Origin: Gemmatimonas sp.
GTDB taxonomy: Bacteria > Gemmatimonadota > Gemmatimonadetes > Gemmatimonadales > Gemmatimonadaceae
Assembly: GCA_965279375.1 (NCBI GenBank)
Contig: OZ257156.1
Span: forward strand, 352,001-416,000
DNA: 64,000 nucleotides
Reading direction: 5' to 3'
Shown here: positions 10,401-18,129 of the stretch, one piece after another
How the letters are laid out: every line of letters starts with the position of its first letter
How positions within the stretch are numbered: the stretch's first letter is position 1
The notes under the pieces: model-generated
Database searches by the model: none
What the model was told of the DNA's origin: nothing
Seen by the model: the letters and a program-made list of their open reading frames with translations, nothing else
Translations under genes and position numbers: made by a program

Positions 10401-10942
10401 GGCCGTATAGCTGGGCCACGCGCAACAATGGCATCATGGTGCACTCGCAGAGCGCCGCCAGCATGGGGCTGCAGCAGGACTTCCCCATCTCGCTCGAAGT
10501 CCAGCTGCTGGGCGGCACGGGCACGGGCACGCGTACGAACGGCAATCTCTGCACGCCGGGCACGAATGTCGTCATGAACGACAAGCTCGTCACCACCCAC
10601 TGCATCAACGCGAACGCCATCACGTACGAAGGCGATCAGTGGGTGCGCGTGGAGGCAATGGTATTGGGCGACTCGGTCATCAAGCACATCGTCAATGGCG
10701 ATACGGTGATCACCTACCACAAGCCGCAGATGGGTGGTGGTCAGGCAAACAACACCAACCCCGGCGTGCTCGTGGCGGGACAACTGCTCTCGAGCGGATT
10801 CATCACGCTGCAGGCGGAGTCCGCGCCGATCGACTTCCGCAAAGTCGAATTCGTGAACCTGGCCGGCTGCATGGACCCCAAGTCGGCCAACTACCGTCCG
10901 TACTTCGTGAAGTCGGACCCGGCGGCATGCGGCAAGCGTTGA
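7406..10942 (+). CDS. PVC-type putative membrane-bound dehydrogenase beta-propeller + HEAT repeats + DUF1080 (3-keto-disaccharide hydrolase-like) domain
   Basis: GRVVRLEDTDSDGHAD, DHTTNGITLGIDGWIY, GTRNIYD; HEAT-like helical repeats; C-terminal WVQLFNGKNL...EVQLL...GFITLQAE..PIDFRK; signal peptide. Confidence 0.82.
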   Translation: MTIRPAFDRLRHSVALTMCAAVLCAQASSSRVASAQGTAVRGEIPRDAARERMLMQQVTAPDGFRATLFAAPPVAMYPTCLTAALARVVFACVDPNLSLTAAKGKGRVVRLEDTDSDGHADRYSVFATMDSPRGLAFDGQTLYVMHPPTLTAYRDTTGDGIADTSVDLVTGLGFDLDFRGADHTTNGITLGIDGWIYIAVGDYGYRRAVGKDGTTIAHRGGGVVRVRTDGSGLELYASGTRNIYDLAVDPMLHVFTRDNTNDGDGWDIRLHYLPAGAFMGYPTQYKNFSSEHMQSLADYGGGAGTGGLWVHDAGFPGAFGNALYTADWLLNQIFRHPLAPRGASFVAGQEKFLSIPHPADMVMDGQSNMYVASLAGGEYTYQGDSVGFIVRVQPVGGRPSVAADLDTVPTLRLVPLLRTQNAEHRLQAQRELLRRKDALRATASLKAMILGATAPDFARVAAMFTLTQLVGAQSRTVLTAAAVAADAQVRALALRALADKIAAEGGRSLGVMLKGLKDRNAQVQVEAIASLVRLRAVETASSIVLLTASDDPTVSHIATNALVSLNAVAASLKALDDKSPRVRAGALRALSQMHDTAAVHGLMRAGVNDRAAPARDIVLALARLYHTEAPWSGDWWGTRPSYIGPYFAPVTWEASGEIRTALSIALLAATPTELPALAAEFVRNRVLPQGAAPLLAASANNASLRGTVVSALVGYDKLPASAIASAARWDSAGVEAHAAVAQLLAGETAVVDGALPLIRESAADAALAEDVRAKLIGLIGALPGRAGLDAVTPLLARTIPAATPTAGATAGPLEGAWRRFVGDRRRLQELDYFIDLSHAATPDARTLGFAVLLQAVRGNRAPAAITDKVRPVLDAAFRSRASGDDLARAVAVMRLESAYTAQLAARRAASAAPAPSLDWVQLFNGKNLARWTPKFTGQPLGVNLRNTFRVEDGLLKVRYDQWPDFKGEFGHLFYDTPYSYYIIAVEYRFVGEQPPGASGPYSWATRNNGIMVHSQSAASMGLQQDFPISLEVQLLGGTGTGTRTNGNLCTPGTNVVMNDKLVTTHCINANAITYEGDQWVRVEAMVLGDSVIKHIVNGDTVITYHKPQMGGGQANNTNPGVLVAGQLLSSGFITLQAESAPIDFRKVEFVNLAGCMDPKSANYRPYFVKSDPAACGKR

Positions 10943-11538
10943 CGCTGCGTTGGACGCACGCGCTCCAGGTGGCAGCTGCAGCGTGTCTTGCGCCCATTGC
11001 CAATACGCAAGCGCAGGTGGTCGATGGCGCACAGATCTATGCCAACACCTGCACTGCCTGCCATCAGGCGAACGGACAGGGACTCGCCGGCAAGTTTCCA
11101 CCACTGGCCGGTAGCTCGTGGGCGACCGGCGACGAGTCACGCCTGATCCGCATCGTCCTCCACGGTCTCAGTGGCGAGATCGATGTAGAGGGCGAACTGT
11201 TTAACGGCGCAATGCCGGCGTGGGGCCCTACCCTCAACGACGACGCCATTGCCGCCGTCGCGACGTACGTTCGTCGTTCGTGGGGCAATAGCGCGGGCGC
11301 AGTGAGCGTATCCACGGTGGCATCGGTGCGCGCCGCACATGCCGCACGCACCGTCCCATGGACCGCAGGCGAACTGTCGTCGCCGCTTGAGCAGGCACTC
11401 CCAGTGGCGCGTTGGTCAGAACAGCTAGGTCGCGCTCATGCCGAACCTCCTCTGCTGGCTCCTGGACGCGAACACCGGCAGGTTCGAGCAATCACAGCGC
11501 ATTTCACGGCGCAGACGCACGCTGGGAACGGCCGCTAA
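10939..11538 (+). CDS. Periplasmic monoheme cytochrome c
   Basis: GAQIY..CTACH, FPPLAGS, distal Met in GAMPAW; signal peptide. Start TTG 10939 (TTGA overlap) or ATG 10927. Confidence 0.85.
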   Translation: MTLRWTHALQVAAAACLAPIANTQAQVVDGAQIYANTCTACHQANGQGLAGKFPPLAGSSWATGDESRLIRIVLHGLSGEIDVEGELFNGAMPAWGPTLNDDAIAAVATYVRRSWGNSAGAVSVSTVASVRAAHAARTVPWTAGELSSPLEQALPVARWSEQLGRAHAEPPLLAPGREHRQVRAITAHFTAQTHAGNGR

Positions 11539-11675
11539 GTAGCGCGCGACCGTACCGCGGCTCCTGGCGCGACGGCCATTCGGTTTTCGAGGGACGAGAC
11601 CCGAACCGGCAGTCCTTCCCGGGCAACGATGAGTTCGTTGTGCGGCCGATGCTCCGGGCGCGATAGTTTCTCGAC

Positions 11676-11706
11676 CGATGAGTTCGAACCGGGACCGGAG
11701 TCAAAG
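11676..11706 (+). promoter_or_regulatory. SigG/ECF56-type promoter (autoregulatory)
   Basis: CGATGA(11676-81)-N18-GTC(11700-02)AAAG about 50 nt upstream of the sigma ATG. A second CGATGAGTTCG at 11627-11637 lacks the GTC. Confidence 0.7.
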
Positions 11707-11753
11707 CCTTAACGACGCTCCCGCCACCTCCCAGACACTCGCCGACCGCCCGC

Positions 11754-12740
11754 ATGAATCCGATTGCCGTGCACGACTCCGTGCAGGATGCTGCGCTCGA
11801 AAGTCATCGCCCCGCACTGACTGGGCATTGCTATCGCATGCTGGGCTCCATCATGGATGCCGACGATGCGGTGCAAGAAACGATGCTGCGCGCGTGGCGT
11901 GCACGAGACCGTTTTGACGGTCGCGCCTCGCTCGGCACGTGGCTGTATCGCATTGCGACCAACGTCTGTCTCGATGCGCTCGCCGATCGTGCGCCGCGAC
12001 ATCGCCCGATCGAGACGGGACCAGTGGGCACCACGGAGGACACGCTCGTAGAAATGCCGCGCACCCATTGGCTGGAGCCCATTCCTGACGCGCGCGCGAT
12101 ACCCGCCGAGGGTGATCCGCATGAGCGAGCGGTCCTGCGCGAAAGCATCCGCCTGGCGTTCGTTGCAGCGCTGCAGAAGCTTCCGCCGCGCCAGCGCGCA
12201 GCTCTCATCCTGACGCAGGTGCTCAACTGGTCGGCGGCCGAAGTCGCCGAGTGTCTGGACATGTCGGTGGCGGCGGTGAACAGCGCACTTCAACGTGCCC
12301 GGGCGACTCTGGCCGACGCCCGCGTCGATGCGCAGCTCTCGCGGAAGTCGCCGTTCAGCCCCGTCGCTCTCTCACCCGAGCAGCAACTGCTCGTCGATCG
12401 GTTCGTGGCGGCATTCGAAGCGTATGATGTGCCGGCTCTCACAGCACTGTTACGCGAAGATGCCACGACCTCCATGCCACCGTTCGCCTTGTGGCTGCAA
12501 GGCCGAACAGACATTGGCGCGTGGCTCTTGGGACGAGGCATCGAATGCAAAGGCTCGCGTCTCGTTACCACAGCCGCGTGCGGCTCACCGGCGTTCGGTC
12601 AGTATCGCGATAACGGCAAGAAGCCGTGGGCGTTGATCGTGCTGGAGCTCGACGGCGATGAGATCGCGGCGATGAACTACTTCCTCGATACGGACACGCT
12701 GTTTCCGCAGTTCGGCCTGCCGGCGCAGCTCGTTTCCTAA
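11754..12740 (+). CDS. ECF sigma factor with SnoaL-like C-terminal extension (SigG/ECF56-like)
   Basis: [25 protein letters not shown], linker WLEPIPD, region 4 [11 protein letters not shown]-terminal [12 protein letters not shown]...MPP..LWLQG. Confidence 0.9.
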   Translation: MNPIAVHDSVQDAALESHRPALTGHCYRMLGSIMDADDAVQETMLRAWRARDRFDGRASLGTWLYRIATNVCLDALADRAPRHRPIETGPVGTTEDTLVEMPRTHWLEPIPDARAIPAEGDPHERAVLRESIRLAFVAALQKLPPRQRAALILTQVLNWSAAEVAECLDMSVAAVNSALQRARATLADARVDAQLSRKSPFSPVALSPEQQLLVDRFVAAFEAYDVPALTALLREDATTSMPPFALWLQGRTDIGAWLLGRGIECKGSRLVTTAACGSPAFGQYRDNGKKPWALIVLELDGDEIAAMNYFLDTDTLFPQFGLPAQLVS

Positions 12741-12803
12741 CTCGAGCACTATTCCGCTGGCATGCCCATCGTCTATCCGATCACTCTCCACCGGTATCCG
12801 CTC

Positions 12804-13211
12804 ATGGCTGCCTCCCGCAAACTCTTCGTCAACCTTCGCGTCAACGATCTCGCCCGGTCGATGGCGTTCTTCTCCGCGCTCGGATTCTCCTTCAACAAGC
12901 AGTTCACCGATGACAACGCGGCCTGCATGGTGGTCAGCGAAGAGAGCTACTTCATGCTGCTGACGGACGCCTTTTTCCGTCGCTTCACGACCAAGGAGCC
13001 AGTGGACACATCGAGGCACATTGAAGGAATGTTCGCTTTCTCCTGCGACAGCCGCGCCGAAGTGGACACGCTGATGGAGAAGGCGATGGCCGCGGGCGGT
13101 ACGCCGGCGATGCCGGTGCAGGACCATGGATTCATGTACGCGCACAGCTTTCACGATCTCGACGGGCATCACTGGGAAGTGCTGTGGATGGACCCGACGA
13201 CGATTCAGTAG
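12804..13211 (+). CDS. VOC family (glyoxalase/bleomycin resistance) protein
   Basis: LFVNLRVNDLARSMAFF..LGF, QDHGFMY, DLDGHHWE. Confidence 0.9.
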   Translation: MAASRKLFVNLRVNDLARSMAFFSALGFSFNKQFTDDNAACMVVSEESYFMLLTDAFFRRFTTKEPVDTSRHIEGMFAFSCDSRAEVDTLMEKAMAAGGTPAMPVQDHGFMYAHSFHDLDGHHWEVLWMDPTTIQ

Positions 13212-13285
13212 TATCGACCCACATCACCGGGGAGCAGCCTCGAAGGCGGCACTCGCACCGATCGCATGACGCGTAGATTCCGGCG

Positions 13286-13666
13286 ATGAAGCTCAATCTC
13301 CTGGTCGTGATCACCGCGGTCGTTTACGCGCTGCCCGGGCTAGTATTCACGTTCGCGCCGGACGAGGTGCTGCTGCGCCTCGGGCTCGCGGCAGCGCCGC
13401 CACTGCTCCACTGGCTGTTGGAGCTGCTGGGCGGCGCGCTGATGGGTCTGGCCATCATGAACGCCATGCAGCGCTACGCGATGGTGGGTGGCGTGTACGG
13501 CAGGCCGTTGCTCCTTGCCAATCTCACGCTGCTCTCCATTGGCGGACTCTCGAGCCTGCGACTGTGGCGCACCACGGGCGATCAGCGCATCCTGATCGCA
13601 GCGGTGATCTTGTGCGCGCTGCTCGCCGCCTACGGCCGTCTCCTGTTCAAGAGCCCCACGCCGTAG
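13286..13666 (+). CDS. Hypothetical 4-TM membrane protein
   Basis: 126 aa, four hydrophobic segments; TAGATT -10 six nt before the ATG. Confidence 0.7.
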   Translation: MKLNLLVVITAVVYALPGLVFTFAPDEVLLRLGLAAAPPLLHWLLELLGGALMGLAIMNAMQRYAMVGGVYGRPLLLANLTLLSIGGLSSLRLWRTTGDQRILIAAVILCALLAAYGRLLFKSPTP

Positions 13667-13678
13667 CGAACCTCCGGA

Positions 13679-14602
13679 TCAGTGAGCCTTGAGCCACTCG
13701 ATCAATAGTGGATTCACCACGTCGGTCCGTTCCATGTGCGGCAGGTGACCGGCGCGTTCGATCGGATGAAACTCGGCCTGCGGAATTCCGCGTCGCAGCT
13801 GTTCAGCGTTCTCGATCTTGACCGTCTGATCTTCCTTGCCCCAGATGAGCAGCGTGGGCTTTCCGGCCTTACCAGCGGCTGCATACAGCGAGTCGGCGCT
13901 GACCGATGCAGCCGCGATCCGCGTGCGCAGCAGCGAGCGCCCGAAGCCCTTGAACTGCATCTGCACGCGATAGCGATCTGCCCAGTCCGGCCACTTGGCG
14001 GGCTCCACGAAATCGCTGGCTTGACCGTCAGCCATAGTCGGCACCGCCAGCGCCTGCCACAGCAGCTCGCCCATCACCGGCAGCGTGAAGAAGGACGGCA
14101 CCCCGCCGATCGTGCCCGCCGCCGGATCTACCAACACATGCGACCGCACGCGCTCAGGATGGCGGCTCACAAAGGTGCCCGTGACCGGACCGCCGAAGGA
14201 GAGCCCGATCACATGCACCGAGTCACGCCAGCCGAGTGAATCGAGGACTCCGCTGAGCTGCCGATCGAAGAGCCCGAGGTCGTACTCGGCGTCGGGGCGG
14301 TCGCTATAGCCGCGGCCGTACGTGTCGTAGCGCGCTACGTGAAAGCCGGCGTTGGTGAGTGCGACGTACGTGGAGTCCCAGATGTAGGCGGGCACGGAGA
14401 AGCCGTGCACCAGCACCACCTTGGCCCCGCTGTCAGGGCCGCCCACTTCAAGGTGCGTGATGCCGTCGGACAGCGAGACGAACCGGCCCGCGACACCTGT
14501 TCGTGCGGCGGCATCGAGCGTGCGCGATTCAGGGTCGCGTGACTTCAGGTAGAACAGCGCGCCGGCAATCAGAGCAACGAACAGCAGAGCGAGACGGCGC
14601 AT
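13679..14602 (-). CDS. Alpha/beta hydrolase with N-terminal anchor
   Basis: HGF oxyanion motif, GLSFGG nucleophile elbow, WGKED, AGH. Confidence 0.9.
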   Translation of the reverse strand: MRRLALLFVALIAGALFYLKSRDPESRTLDAAARTGVAGRFVSLSDGITHLEVGGPDSGAKVVLVHGFSVPAYIWDSTYVALTNAGFHVARYDTYGRGYSDRPDAEYDLGLFDRQLSGVLDSLGWRDSVHVIGLSFGGPVTGTFVSRHPERVRSHVLVDPAAGTIGGVPSFFTLPVMGELLWQALAVPTMADGQASDFVEPAKWPDWADRYRVQMQFKGFGRSLLRTRIAAASVSADSLYAAAGKAGKPTLLIWGKEDQTVKIENAEQLRRGIPQAEFHPIERAGHLPHMERTDVVNPLLIEWLKAH

Positions 14603-14614
14603 GGACTTTTCGCA

Positions 14615-15070
14615 TCAGAGGGTTGTGGGCGGTGCCGGGATCGGCAGCTCTCCGGTGATGCGTAAAGTATCCTCCTGATGCGTTTCGCTGCGCTCGTCGG
14701 CGGGAATGATGCCCGCGTCGTTGAGCATCAGCCCCACCGCATCCGGAACCATCGCCGGCCACATGAAGATGCCATTGATGCGCACGATCGCGCGCGGCGT
14801 GCGTCCGGAGCCTGCGTATTTGCGTCGCGCCCAGAGCTCGTACACCATCGTCAGCAGGCCGCCGAACGCCGCGAACACACTCCACGTGACCACGGCCTCG
14901 CGCCACGGAAGGTCCACCAGCATCCACACCAGCACCGCGTAGCTGAGCACCATGCCCATGATGCCCATGCCACGACGCAGTGCCGCGTTGAGCGCCACGC
15001 ACGCGGTGGTCCACAGGAGGATGCCGAACAACACGATGGCCCACATGAAATTGACGTAGTAGAACGTCAT
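14615..15070 (-). CDS. Hypothetical membrane protein
   Basis: Start MTFYYVNF after GGAG RBS; 3 TM segments; ends 12 nt before the hydrolase start. Confidence 0.65.
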   Translation of the reverse strand: MTFYYVNFMWAIVLFGILLWTTACVALNAALRRGMGIMGMVLSYAVLVWMLVDLPWREAVVTWSVFAAFGGLLTMVYELWARRKYAGSGRTPRAIVRINGIFMWPAMVPDAVGLMLNDAGIIPADERSETHQEDTLRITGELPIPAPPTTL

Positions 15071-15222
15071 CGGGGCTCCGGCGCAGCAGATGGGAGAGAT
15101 CGTCGCACAGGCAGGAGCGTGCGACGCGACTGACGACCAGCAAGTGGCGACCGGCGCATGATGCTTCGCGCATGACGACACTTGAGAGTGCAGCGCGTGG
15201 ACGGCTTACGCCAGCACCGAAG

Positions 15223-16389
15223 TCAGTGCGCTGCTTCCCACTCGAGCATGCCACCGTCGAGCGACCAGACGCGAGCAAAACCGGACCTTTGCATCTGATT
15301 TACGGCGGATGCGCTGCGTTTCCCGCTCCGGCAGAACACCACGAACTCCTGCGACGCATCCAGCGTCGGCAAGACATCGCCAAGCGTGCCGAGTGGGATG
15401 AGCTTCGCGCTGTCGATGCCCGAGACCGCTGTTTCGTGTGGTTCACGAACGTCGATGAGTTGCAGGGCATCGCCACGTGCGAGGCGCGACGCGAGCGAGG
15501 CCACGCTGATCACCGGAACATCGCTCGTTGGCGCCGCCGCCGAGAGCGCCGGCGTGCCGCAGAACTCATCGTAATCGATGAGCGCGGTGATCGTACGCGT
15601 GCCGCAGGCGGGGCATTGTGGATCGCGCGATAGCTGCACGGTACGGAATTGCATCGTCAGCGTATCGACCATGAGCAAACGTCCAGCGAGTGTGTCGCCG
15701 ATTCCCAGAATGAGCTTGATCGTTTCGATTGCCTGCATCGTACCGATGAGGCCGGGCAACACGCCAAGCACGCCACCCTCTGCACAGCTGGGCACTGTGC
15801 CCGGCGGTGGCGGCTCCGGGTAGAGGCAGCGGTAGCATGGCCCGGTTGCCGTCGCAAACACCGATGCCTGTCCCTCGAACTGATAGATCGAGCCATGCAC
15901 GTTGGGGATGCCAAGCAACACACACGCATCGTTGACGAGATAGCGCGTGGCAAAATTGTCGGTGCCGTCTACCACCACGTCGTACCTACGCAGAATGTCG
16001 AGTGCGTTCGCCAAGGTCAGCCACGCCGCATGCGTTTCCACCTGCACGTGCGGGTTGATGCCATGCAAGCGCTCCCGTGCCGCGTCGAGCTTGGGACGAC
16101 CAACGTCCGTCGTGCTGTAGAGCAGCTGCCGTTGCAGGTTGGTCACGTCGACCGTGTCCTGGTCCACGAGGCCGATCGTGCCGACGCCGGCCGCCGCGAG
16201 GTAGAGTGCCGTGGGCGAGCCCAACCCGCCCGCGCCCACCAGCAGCACTCGCGCCGCCTTGAGACGCTGCTGGCCGGCCACCCCGACATTCGGGAGCGTC
16301 AGGTGCCTGCTGTAGCGAACGCGCTCCTCGGCGGAGAGCGTCTGCGCAGCACTACGGTTGAGGCTGTCGCTGGGAGCGTTGGTGTCCAC
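15223..16389 (-). CDS. moeB: MoeB/MoeZ-type E1 adenylyltransferase with C-terminal rhodanese domain
   Basis: RYSRH, GAGGLGS, NLQRQ, PCYRC and CPAC Zn motifs, SCAEGGVLG, rhodanese CRSGKRS. Confidence 0.93.
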   Translation of the reverse strand: MDTNAPSDSLNRSAAQTLSAEERVRYSRHLTLPNVGVAGQQRLKAARVLLVGAGGLGSPTALYLAAAGVGTIGLVDQDTVDVTNLQRQLLYSTTDVGRPKLDAARERLHGINPHVQVETHAAWLTLANALDILRRYDVVVDGTDNFATRYLVNDACVLLGIPNVHGSIYQFEGQASVFATATGPCYRCLYPEPPPPGTVPSCAEGGVLGVLPGLIGTMQAIETIKLILGIGDTLAGRLLMVDTLTMQFRTVQLSRDPQCPACGTRTITALIDYDEFCGTPALSAAAPTSDVPVISVASLASRLARGDALQLIDVREPHETAVSGIDSAKLIPLGTLGDVLPTLDASQEFVVFCRSGKRSASAVNQMQRSGFARVWSLDGGMLEWEAAH

Positions 16390-16419
16390 GATGATTTTCC
16401 GGTCGAAGCAGAGTCCAAC
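16389..16419 (+). promoter_or_regulatory. Second SigG/ECF56-type promoter, for the BNR-Ubl operon
   Basis: CGATGA(16389-94)-N18-GTC(16413-15)CAAC; same spacing as 11676 and the same GAGTCNAA core. Confidence 0.7.
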
Positions 16420-16507
16420 CCCCGTGCAGTTGCCGCCCGGCGGCGATTGTAGCGGTTCCGCGTAGGAACCGTATACTTGCCAACTCTGAGCCTACGAGGA
16501 GCGACAG

Positions 16508-17623
16508 ATGCGTGGAGTCCGTGTACTGGTCGGTACGCGCAAGGGTGCGTTCATACTGACATCGGATGAAGGGCGGCAGAAGTGGCACGTCGATGGTCCC
16601 CACTTCCCCGGGTGGGAGATGTATCACATCAACGGCTCGCCCGTCGATCCCAATCGGCTCTACGCGTCACAGTCCAACGGGTGGTTCGGGCAGATCATTC
16701 AGCGCTCCGATGATGGCGGCAAGTCGTGGACGGCGATGGACAATGCTTTCACGTACGACGGCATCCCCGGCACGCACATGTGGTATGACGGAACCCCGCA
16801 CCCGTGGGAGTTCAAGCGCGTCTGGCATCTCGAGCCGTCGCCGATCGATCGCGATGTGGTGTACGCCGGCGTGGAAGATGCCGCGCTGTTCAAGTCCACC
16901 GACGGTGGCGCGAGCTGGCACGAGCTATCCGGACTTCGTCAGCACGGCACGGGTGCACAGTGGCAACCGGGCGCCGGTGGCATGTGCCTGCACACCATCG
17001 TGCTCGATCCCAGCAACGCGGATCGCATCGTGATCGCCATTTCCGCCGCGGGTGCCTTCCGCAGTGAAGACGGTGGCAAGACGTGGATGCCCATCAACAA
17101 GGGGCTGCGCTCCGGAGGCATCCCCGACGAAGACGCCGAAGTGGGACACTGCGTCCATCGCATCGCCATGCATCCATCCAATCCGCAGCGCCTCTTCATG
17201 CAGAAGCATTGGGATGTCATGCGCAGTGATGACGGCGGTGATCATTGGTACGAGATCAGTGGCAACCTCCCCACCGACTTCGGCTTCCCCATTCAGGTTC
17301 ACGCGCACGAGCCTGAGACCGTCTACGTCGTGCCAATCACGAGCGACCACCATCACTTCCCACCCGATGGCGCACTGCGGGTGTATCGCAGTCGTAGCGG
17401 CGGCAACGAATGGGAAGCGCTGGGCCCCGGACTGCCCACGCGCGACTGCTACGTGAACGTGTTGCGCGATGCGATGGCGGTGGACACACTCGATTCGTGC
17501 GGTGTGTACTTCGGCACCACCGGCGGCCAGGTCTACGTCTCCAGCGACTCCGGCGACAACTGGATGCCCATCGTGCACGATCTGCCGGCGGTAATGTCCG
17601 TCGAAGTGCAAACGCTGTCGTGA
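16508..17623 (+). CDS. Cytoplasmic BNR/Asp-box beta-propeller protein (often annotated exo-alpha-sialidase)
   Basis: Repeated SxDGGxxW Asp-boxes; no signal peptide; His/Cys motifs GGMCLH, GHCVH, QKH; GAGGAG RBS. Confidence 0.88.
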   Translation: MRGVRVLVGTRKGAFILTSDEGRQKWHVDGPHFPGWEMYHINGSPVDPNRLYASQSNGWFGQIIQRSDDGGKSWTAMDNAFTYDGIPGTHMWYDGTPHPWEFKRVWHLEPSPIDRDVVYAGVEDAALFKSTDGGASWHELSGLRQHGTGAQWQPGAGGMCLHTIVLDPSNADRIVIAISAAGAFRSEDGGKTWMPINKGLRSGGIPDEDAEVGHCVHRIAMHPSNPQRLFMQKHWDVMRSDDGGDHWYEISGNLPTDFGFPIQVHAHEPETVYVVPITSDHHHFPPDGALRVYRSRSGGNEWEALGPGLPTRDCYVNVLRDAMAVDTLDSCGVYFGTTGGQVYVSSDSGDNWMPIVHDLPAVMSVEVQTLS

Positions 17624-17625
17624 GC

Positions 17626-17928
17626 ATGCGCACCGTTCGCGTTGTCCTGCCGGCGCCGCTGCGCGTGTTGTCGAGCGTCGGCAGCGAGATCGCGGTGGAC
17701 GTTGCGGGTGAGATCACGCAGCGCACGGTGGTCGATGCCATCGAGCAACGCTATCCGATGTTGCTCGGCACCATCCGCGATCGCAGCACGAAGCAGCGGC
17801 GCGCGTTCGTACGCTTCTTCGCCTGCGAACGCGACCTGTCGCTCGAGTCGCCCGATACGGCCCTTCCGTCGCGCGTCGCCGACGGCGAGGAGCCGCTGCT
17901 GATCGTGGGCGCAATGGCGGGCGGATAG
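17626..17928 (+). CDS. MoaD/ThiS/CysO-like ubiquitin-fold sulfur carrier ending in Gly-Gly
   Basis: 100 aa MRTVRVVLPAPLR...RYPML..TIRD...VRFF...GAMAGG-stop; starts 2 nt after the BNR stop. Confidence 0.88.
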   Translation: MRTVRVVLPAPLRVLSSVGSEIAVDVAGEITQRTVVDAIEQRYPMLLGTIRDRSTKQRRAFVRFFACERDLSLESPDTALPSRVADGEEPLLIVGAMAGG

Positions 17929-17934
17929 CGCACT

Positions 17935-17980
17935 GCGTCTGCCGCATCGCGTCTGCCGCGTCGCGTCTGCCGCATCGCGT
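17935..17980. repeat. 14-bp tandem repeat (3.3 copies)
   Basis: gcgtctgccgcatc / gcgtctgccgcgtc / gcgtctgccgcatc / gcgt. Confidence 0.85.
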
Positions 17981-18129
17981 GCGCTGAGTGGCGCGAACCG
18001 AGCCGAGGAACGACGTGCGCTGACGGCGATTCGGGTGCACTTTGGGTGAGTGCGGCGGTCCTGCCGTCGCTGCGCTCGCTTCGTTCCCATCGTTTGCACT
18101 CAGCCCGTCGGCCCATGCCCCCTCGGCTC

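Noticed and set aside
11627..11654. Upstream CGATGAGTTCG copy as a second SigG-type promoter
   Set aside because: N18 is followed by GCTC rather than GTC; at most a degenerate site.
15223..17928. E1 + Ubl as a Bil/CBASS-type antiviral ubiquitination system
   Set aside because: No E2, JAB or CD-NTase genes; the E1 is a MoeZ-type rhodanese fusion.
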